From Candidatus Woesearchaeota archaeon (lineage in GTDB: Archaea > Nanobdellota > Nanobdellia > SCGC-AAA011-G17 > JACPIM01), in assembly GCA_964513145.1 (NCBI GenBank), contig CAZELK010000004.1, forward strand, positions 6,961 to 70,960: 64,000 nucleotides of DNA. Direction: 5' to 3'. Each line of letters begins with the position of its first letter. Within the stretch, counting starts at the first letter, position 1. The notes beneath the pieces are model-generated. The model was not told the DNA's origin, made no database searches, and saw nothing but the letters and a program-made list of their open reading frames with translations. The position numbers were made by a program, and so were the translations under genes. Positions 57,731 to 64,000 of the stretch are shown one piece after another.

Positions 57731-58264
57731 ATGAGAGTCAATGTAGGATCTAAAAATGATGTTAAAGTAAATGCTGTAAAAGAAATCTTATTAAATTATA
57801 ATTTATTTTTAAATTCTGAAGTTATTGGTGTTGAGGTTTCTTCAAATATATCTGAACAACCAAAATCACTAAAAGAAACTATACAAGGGGCAATGAACAG
57901 GGCAAAAAATTCTTTTCAAAATTGCGAGTATAGTTTTGGAATTGAGGTTGGGTTAATGGAAGTGCCGAATACAAAAACAGGATATATGGGTGTCTGCTGC
58001 TGCGTTATATTTGACGGGAAAAATTATCATACTGGCTTGTCTTCTGCTTTTGAATATCCGAAAGAGGTTGTAAAACTTATTTTTAATAATGGGTTAGATG
58101 CAGCACAGGCTTTTCACAAAACCGGGTTGACAAAAAATACCAGGCTCGGGGCTTATGAAGGTGCAATAGGATTATTGACAAATGGAAGATTAATAAGAAA
58201 AGAATTTACAAAACAAGCTATTACAAATGCTTTAATACATTTAGAAAATCCAGAATTATTTTAG
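57731..58264 (+). CDS. yjjX: Non-canonical purine NTP phosphatase (YjjX/DUF84)
   Basis: VGSKNDVKV, SEQP, GAMNRAKN, GIEVG, GAIGLLT. Confidence 0.9.
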   Translation: MRVNVGSKNDVKVNAVKEILLNYNLFLNSEVIGVEVSSNISEQPKSLKETIQGAMNRAKNSFQNCEYSFGIEVGLMEVPNTKTGYMGVCCCVIFDGKNYHTGLSSAFEYPKEVVKLIFNNGLDAAQAFHKTGLTKNTRLGAYEGAIGLLTNGRLIRKEFTKQAITNALIHLENPELF

Positions 58265-58295
58265 GAAAGTGAAAAATAGAACACTTTTTATTTTT

Positions 58296-58779
58296 TTATT
58301 CTCCCAATAATCTGATAGTCTCTCTTTGAACATTTAATATTAATTCTTTTATTTTCTTTAACTGCTGTAAGTCTATACTTGTTTCAACACCATAAGTAGA
58401 AATTTCTCTGCATTCTCTTATAGTTGGATTTGTAATATCTTTTTCAACATCAAGTGTATCAAACTGGATAACCAAGTCTTTATCCAAGTCCAATTTCTTT
58501 TCATTTATCAGAATTAGAAGAACAGTTATAGTAAAGGCCTGATTTCGTGATTCATAACCATATTTGACAAATAACTGCCAGAAAGCAATGATAAATAGCA
58601 TAAAAGCCCACATTAAACGCCCAGCCATAAATTTTTAATTTTTCAAGAGCCTGCACTACCACATAATTATATTCAGATTTCTTAATGTGCTTTTGTGCCA
58701 AATCCAAATCAGGCTTTGTTTTTATCAGTCTTTTTGGATCTTTCAGACACCATTTCAAATGCTCATCTATTTGCGACAT
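58296..58779 (-). pseudogene. HEPN-domain toxin split by a frameshift
   Basis: ORF1 ...FYAIYHCFLAV; ORF2 in another frame KYGYESRNQ...; junction near 58570. Confidence 0.65.
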
Positions 58780-59396
58780 TTTTTAACAACCCCAACATAT
58801 TTTTCAGGATTATGGAATACAAGGCTTTCAGACAGCATATTATAAAAAATTTTGTCTCCTTTATTTAACAAAATATCCTTTTCAGCTAAATCCACATATC
58901 TTATAGGTTTTTCAACTAACTCGGATTTTCTTATTTCATCCTTTATTTTTTTTATATTTTTGACTTTTTCAAAATTATACATAAGCAAAACATCTATGTC
59001 ATTGAAGTCCTTTGATTTTATAGATGAGCCAAAAACCAACCCCATTTCAATGCAGTCTTTAAATTTTTTCATAACGTGAAACAAAACACTTAACCATTTA
59101 GGAAACTCTTTATATTCTAAACTCAGCAAGTATTCAATGAACTTGATGGCTAATTTGTTGTTGTATTTATAGGAAAAAATAACAGAATTGCCAATTTCCT
59201 CTTTAGTCAATAGTTGTTTGTCTACCAAAACCTTGCATAACTTATTAGCATGAGCATGATTAATATTTAATATTCTGGCCAATTGCCTGGCGTTATACCT
59301 ATCATTGTAATGCTTAAACAGATATTTAGCTATTTGAATTTCAATCTTTGTAAATTGTATGTTATTAATAACCATATGTATTCTATAAACATACAT
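58767..59396 (-). CDS. HTH plus minimal nucleotidyltransferase (MNT antitoxin)
   Basis: YNARQLARIL HTH; VFGS...DIDVL; start may be ATG 59375. Confidence 0.8.
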   Translation of the reverse strand: MYVYRIHMVINNIQFTKIEIQIAKYLFKHYNDRYNARQLARILNINHAHANKLCKVLVDKQLLTKEEIGNSVIFSYKYNNKLAIKFIEYLLSLEYKEFPKWLSVLFHVMKKFKDCIEMGLVFGSSIKSKDFNDIDVLLMYNFEKVKNIKKIKDEIRKSELVEKPIRYVDLAEKDILLNKGDKIFYNMLSESLVFHNPEKYVGVVKKCRK

Positions 59397-59526
59397 AATA
59401 TTTAAACCTTACGGTTTTAAGGACGCTATGCAATACTCATAGGTATGTTACATTTTTTACAAATACACTAAGCAATGTAAACTTGCGCAAAGAAATACTT
59501 AAATAATCTAAAAACAATATGAAATT

Positions 59527-59943
59527 ATGATTCCTGCAACTGATGTAAACTATTTAGCTGTTTTAATAGCTACAATAGCTTCTATGGTTGTTGGAATGTT
59601 ATGGTATTCTCCTTTGTTATTTGGCAATATATGGATGAATTTAATGAAAATTAACCCAAAAGACATGGGAAAAGATAAAGGAATAGGCAAGAATTATTTT
59701 GCTGCTTTTATAAGTACTTTAATTATGAGTTTTATACTTGCTAATTTTATTGATTATGCCGGAGCTATAACAGTTTTGGATGCCTTAGTCATTGGATTTA
59801 TGATATGGATAGGGTTTATTGCAACTGTATTATTGGGCGGAATTTTATGGGAAGGAAAGCCTGTAAAATTATTTTTAATTAATATGGCGCATTATTTAGC
59901 AGCTATATTGGTTATGAGCATTATACTAACTCTCTGGATTTAA
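59527..59943 (+). CDS. DUF1761 family membrane protein
   Basis: GMLWYSPLLFGNIWM; four TM. Confidence 0.85.
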   Translation: MIPATDVNYLAVLIATIASMVVGMLWYSPLLFGNIWMNLMKINPKDMGKDKGIGKNYFAAFISTLIMSFILANFIDYAGAITVLDALVIGFMIWIGFIATVLLGGILWEGKPVKLFLINMAHYLAAILVMSIILTLWI

Positions 59944-59979
59944 TTTTAGAAACTTTTAAAAATTAATTTTTATATTAAA

Positions 59980-61158
59980 ATGGAATTCATAGAACCAATA
60001 TCTGGACAGTTGATAAGATTAAACATGCATAGCGAACCAATTAAAAATTTATTTGAAAATGGAACCATTTCTTTAGCTTTGCTTCCTGAAAAAAACGATT
60101 TTTTATTTACACGTGAAGGGAAGTCAGCCAGAGATGCACTTGTTAAAAAAAATAATCCTGCAGAAATAAAAGAATATCATGAAAGAAGCAAAGAAAACCT
60201 TAAATTTTTAGATTTGAATAAATTAAATTTAGTTGAAAGGGTTGTGTTAACTCCTATTGATCATGATTACCCTGGCAAAACGCCTTTGATGCACAATAGT
60301 GTATTTGAACATTACAAAGTAAAAGATTCTGTTAGCTTATTTGTAGTTGCAAACCCAATAGATATAAAAACAGTATATGAATCATTTAAATCTGACCCAA
60401 AATATATTGGCGGTGGGGCTGGAAGCGGATTTAAAGAAATAGTTGTTTCTTATTTGGATGAACTAACAGAAACTGCGAGACATTTAGAATCTGTAAATCT
60501 GGTTGTGAAAAAAAACGGGAAATTAATCGGACATAACACAGACGGGGCAGGATTTAGAATCGGACTTGAGAAAGACCTAATAAAAATGAATGACAGCATT
60601 AAAGGAAAAAAAGTTGTAATTCTGGGATCCGGGGCTGTATTAGTACCAATTGCTTATGAATTAAAACATTTAGAACCAAAAGAAATTGTTATTTTAAACA
60701 GGACTGTTGAAAGGGCAGAAGAAGCATCATCAAAATTAAATAAAATTGTTGGATTAAATTATGCAAGATATGGTGGAGAAGAAAAAATTGGAGAGGAATT
60801 AAAAACAGCTTATCTTGTAATTAATGTTTCCCAAAAAGGAACTGGCTTGTTAAGAGATTATTCTGCATTTGGACCAGTTTCAACAGACAAAGACAAAAAG
60901 CCAATCAAAGAAAAATATTTAGAAGAGATGAAAATTGCCTTAGAAAATTTATCAAATTTACCAAAAGATGCTATTGTTGCAGATGTTTTATTAGAAGAAC
61001 TTCCGAAAACATTGGAAATGGCAATTGCATCTGGACATAAAATACATCCTGGGAAAAACATGGTTCTTTATCAAGGCATTCCGTGGTATGAAAAATTGGG
61101 ATTTAAATTTCCTGAAAAAGAACTGGAAGAAATATTAAAAGGGGTTTTATTTAAATGA
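59980..61158 (+). CDS. Shikimate dehydrogenase-like oxidoreductase, divergent
   Basis: GHNTDGAGF, ILGSGAV, NRTVERA, GKNMVLYQG; N-terminal extension. Confidence 0.7.
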   Translation: MEFIEPISGQLIRLNMHSEPIKNLFENGTISLALLPEKNDFLFTREGKSARDALVKKNNPAEIKEYHERSKENLKFLDLNKLNLVERVVLTPIDHDYPGKTPLMHNSVFEHYKVKDSVSLFVVANPIDIKTVYESFKSDPKYIGGGAGSGFKEIVVSYLDELTETARHLESVNLVVKKNGKLIGHNTDGAGFRIGLEKDLIKMNDSIKGKKVVILGSGAVLVPIAYELKHLEPKEIVILNRTVERAEEASSKLNKIVGLNYARYGGEEKIGEELKTAYLVINVSQKGTGLLRDYSAFGPVSTDKDKKPIKEKYLEEMKIALENLSNLPKDAIVADVLLEELPKTLEMAIASGHKIHPGKNMVLYQGIPWYEKLGFKFPEKELEEILKGVLFK

Positions 61159-61583
61159 ATCTTGCTGAAATTTGCAAAAATTTTAATTACCAAAGAGACA
61201 AGCCATATGAATTATGGTTTAGAGAGCAATATTTAGAGCAGATTAAAGAAAAAAAATTAAAAACTGCTGTCAGACCTGGAAACAGAACATATCCAAATCC
61301 AAAATGGGTCAATAAAGAAGAAATAGTCAAAATCAGAATTCTGAAAAAAAACGGGAATGATTTACTCAATATTGCCCCGGAATTTAATGGCTATGAAACA
61401 AGAGCAGTTATTACAAATTTAGAAGTAAAAACAATCCAAGAAGTTAACAATACTGACTTAGTCAATTGTTCCAGTGATTGCCTTACACTGAAAGACATGA
61501 AAGAACATCTGAAAAATATTTATGGCAGAGAATTTAATGATAATGAACAAGTTACTATTCTAAAATTTGATTATCTTGATTAA
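61155..61583 (+). CDS. ASCH/PUA-like domain protein
   Basis: KLKTAVRPG...LKNIYG...VTILKF pattern. Confidence 0.55.
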   Translation: MNLAEICKNFNYQRDKPYELWFREQYLEQIKEKKLKTAVRPGNRTYPNPKWVNKEEIVKIRILKKNGNDLLNIAPEFNGYETRAVITNLEVKTIQEVNNTDLVNCSSDCLTLKDMKEHLKNIYGREFNDNEQVTILKFDYLD

Positions 61584-61914
61584 AATTTTATTAAATAAAG
61601 TATCTGACTTAATGTATTTATTTAATCATTCATTTTATTATATTGTTTATTTCATGTCTATGTTCTTAAATTCTTATTATAAAATCAGATACACGAAATA
61701 TACTTTTTACCTAAAAAATCTTTAAATAATAGACTATGTAATTGTCTGATACTAAAAAATGAGAACAACACGAGGTGGTAAATATAAGAAATAATCTGAA
61801 TGACTTATATTACTGTTATGAGTTCTGTTTGTCTAACTTAGTTAATTCAAGAAATTCACGCTCTAAACTTCAGTCTAAAGCTGATAAGAGAAAAACAAAT
61901 TTTGGAGGTAAAAT

Positions 61915-63033
61915 ATGAGAGGAAAAATTATTGCAACTTTGATGACATTATTACTAGTAATCGGCATTACTCCAGTAATGGCAGTTGATGTAGGGACTGG
62001 GATAGGTATTGACTTTACTACAGAGGCATTTACACCTAGAATCTACATGGCAACAGAGTCAAGAATAGTAACTGATGACGATGTACCAACAGGAAGAAAT
62101 GCCCCAGGAACAAATTTGGGAAATAGTAGTGGAAATGGTAGTATTACTCCTTCCGTCCCATTTAATACGACAAGAACAAACAACTATGCTTTTGAAGGTG
62201 AAAAAGTTAGCTGGAATGTCTTGGTATTTGACAGAAATGGAATTGAAACTGTTATGGATCCTGTTGTAACTTTGGGAACAACTCAAGGAACTGGAAATAC
62301 AGTTGAAGCTTTGTGTCTAAGGGATTTTATACAAAAGGTAGTTGGAGCAGACATCACTAATTATAATGTGAGAGACGTAAATACAAACTTAACTTTTGAT
62401 ACTGCAACTATGAGAACATATACTTGTACTCTAAGTGTTGAAAGCCCTGGATCAATGTCTGGAGAATTCTGGGTAGCTGCAGAAATATCAGATACAAGCG
62501 GATTAAGCAGCTCATTTGAAGAAAATGAATTCTGGTTCTTTAACCCAGTTATTGCATTAGACATAAACGGAGCATTAGACTTTGGTGAAATAAGACCTGG
62601 CACAGACTCTTATTCAAGTACACTTGCAATTGGAAATGATGCAACTGCAGGTTCTGGTGTATTACTAGAAATGTTTATTTCTGGTACAGATTTCCATGAC
62701 CCTGTAAGCAGTGCAGCTAAATGTCCAGTAACAAATGAATTAGACTTAGAGAATTTCAGATATGTAGCAACAAGCGGTGGTAGAAGCTCAAGATTTGTAA
62801 ACACTGGATTAGATTTAGAAGGTTATGATGCAATACCACAAGGAGCAAGAATAACTGAATCTCAAGAACTAATTGGCGGAGACGCTTACTTGGGAGATGC
62901 TGACTTAAGAGAAGCAGGCAATGTATTAGCACCTGGTGCTGAAGTATCTGTTACATTAAAGTTGAGTTTACCAAACCCATGTGTTGGCGACTTTACAGAC
63001 GGTAACATATTCTTCTGGGGACTAGCAGTATAA
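61915..63033 (+). CDS. Secreted beta-rich surface (S-layer-like) protein
   Basis: Signal peptide, strong ggaggt RBS, several N-x-S/T sequons, poly-T terminator. Confidence 0.7.
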   Translation: MRGKIIATLMTLLLVIGITPVMAVDVGTGIGIDFTTEAFTPRIYMATESRIVTDDDVPTGRNAPGTNLGNSSGNGSITPSVPFNTTRTNNYAFEGEKVSWNVLVFDRNGIETVMDPVVTLGTTQGTGNTVEALCLRDFIQKVVGADITNYNVRDVNTNLTFDTATMRTYTCTLSVESPGSMSGEFWVAAEISDTSGLSSSFEENEFWFFNPVIALDINGALDFGEIRPGTDSYSSTLAIGNDATAGSGVLLEMFISGTDFHDPVSSAAKCPVTNELDLENFRYVATSGGRSSRFVNTGLDLEGYDAIPQGARITESQELIGGDAYLGDADLREAGNVLAPGAEVSVTLKLSLPNPCVGDFTDGNIFFWGLAV

Positions 63034-63036
63034 AAC

Positions 63037-63058
63037 TTTTTTTATTTTTTTTATTTTT
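63037..63058 (+). terminator. Archaeal oligo-T terminator
   Basis: Three T-runs immediately after TAA at 63033. Confidence 0.6.
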
Positions 63059-63104
63059 GAACCCTTTTGAAAAAAGCGTTCACGGAAAAAACGCGGAGAA
63101 TAAA

Positions 63105-64000
63105 ATGAGAAAAAAAATCATATTCATTATATCATTAATATTTTTATTGTCACTAGTATATACTTCTACAACTAATGCTTATTATAGAAATCAATATTGG
63201 GAATGCACCAGGTCTGGTGAAACTAGTCTTGGGGATTTTTTTGGAAGATTTTCTCCTAGCCAGGGTACAAATGGTGTTTGTACAAAAACATGCTGTATTT
63301 TATGTGTAGCTAGGAATCCGATAAGCAGTTGCTTTGGAGGAAATGCACAGCCTATGTGCAGCTGCAGCCAGGGAGCTTCAGCTGATGCAACACCACCAGT
63401 ATTAACAGCAAATTCTCCGGCAAACAATAATATTTACAGCAAAAGAACAGTTTATTTTAATGCCAGTGTCAGCGAAAGATCTAAAATTGAATACAAAGAC
63501 AATAAACAACCACAAAGAGGATACAAATTTTTATGCAATGGTTGCACTGGATTTTACAGGCAATTAAATTTTAATGAGGGGCAGAATGATATTACAATAA
63601 AAGCAACTGATGCTGGCGGAAATACTGATGAAGAAAGGGTTTTATTTATGGTTGATTCAAAAGCACCACAAATATCAAAAACAGAACCAAGGAACGGAAA
63701 ATACGGAAATGGAAATTTTGTAATTTATTATAATGAAGAAAATCTCAAGACAATTACATTAAAATACAGGGAAGGAACAAATTCACAAGTTACAAGCATA
63801 GCTAAGAATGACTGTGAAAGCGGCTTAAGGAAAAGCTGCACTTTCAATGTAAATAATTTACAAAATGGTGACTTGTATTATAACTTTGAAGTTGAAGATA
63901 TTGCAGGGAAAAAAGTAAAATCAAGAGAATTTAAAATTATAATTGATACTACAAGCCCAGTTTTAACTTTAGATTCAAGCTTGACTGAAAATATGCCAAA
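63105..64000 (+). CDS. Secreted Cys-rich protein with Ig-like repeats, partial
   Basis: MRKKIIFIISLIFLL signal; DATPPVL, ATDAGGN, VDSKAPQI, IDTTSPVL repeat boundaries; open to window end. Confidence 0.75.
   Translation, partial: MRKKIIFIISLIFLLSLVYTSTTNAYYRNQYWECTRSGETSLGDFFGRFSPSQGTNGVCTKTCCILCVARNPISSCFGGNAQPMCSCSQGASADATPPVLTANSPANNNIYSKRTVYFNASVSERSKIEYKDNKQPQRGYKFLCNGCTGFYRQLNFNEGQNDITIKATDAGGNTDEERVLFMVDSKAPQISKTEPRNGKYGNGNFVIYYNEENLKTITLKYREGTNSQVTSIAKNDCESGLRKSCTFNVNNLQNGDLYYNFEVEDIAGKKVKSREFKIIIDTTSPVLTLDSSLTENMP

Noticed and set aside
482-63427. Numerous short ORFs nested in or antisense to well-supported genes (e.g. 482..766, 7449..7667, 48930..49574, 57032..57346, 63191..63427)
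   Set aside because: Shadow frames of AT-rich coding sequence, with no motifs or RBS
1-64000. CRISPR array, cas genes, rRNA
   Set aside because: No repeat-spacer periodicity with unique spacers, no Cas motifs and no long GC-rich rRNA-like tract seen

Overview
AT-rich, gene-dense 64 kb chromosomal segment of an archaeon, most consistent with a DPANN lineage (Woesearchaeota/Pacearchaeota-like; lineage is inferred). Archaeal markers include a long PheS, eL41, a Dph2 domain, GGAGG/GGTGA ribosome-binding sites and a tRNA-Glu with a BHB-type D-loop intron. The window holds housekeeping genes (pheST, nfo, uppS, adk), a surface-glycosylation cluster (about 21-32.5 kb) and many toxin-antitoxin modules. 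It also encodes a probable ATP-yielding arginine catabolic route without arginine deiminase in the window: an arginine synthetase ArcE-like protein, carbamate kinase, OTC, a class III aminotransferase, ALDH and GDH. There are two inteins, a free-standing LAGLIDADG gene, a ~360 bp IS200/IS605-derived mini-element that keeps only an omega-RNA-like region, and a hicBA islet anchored at the tRNA. The strongest candidate for an undescribed system is a DIP1984-family coiled-coil gene followed by a ~200 nt structured non-coding element with 7-nt periodic repeats. All family assignments come from motif recognition by eye; no searches were run.
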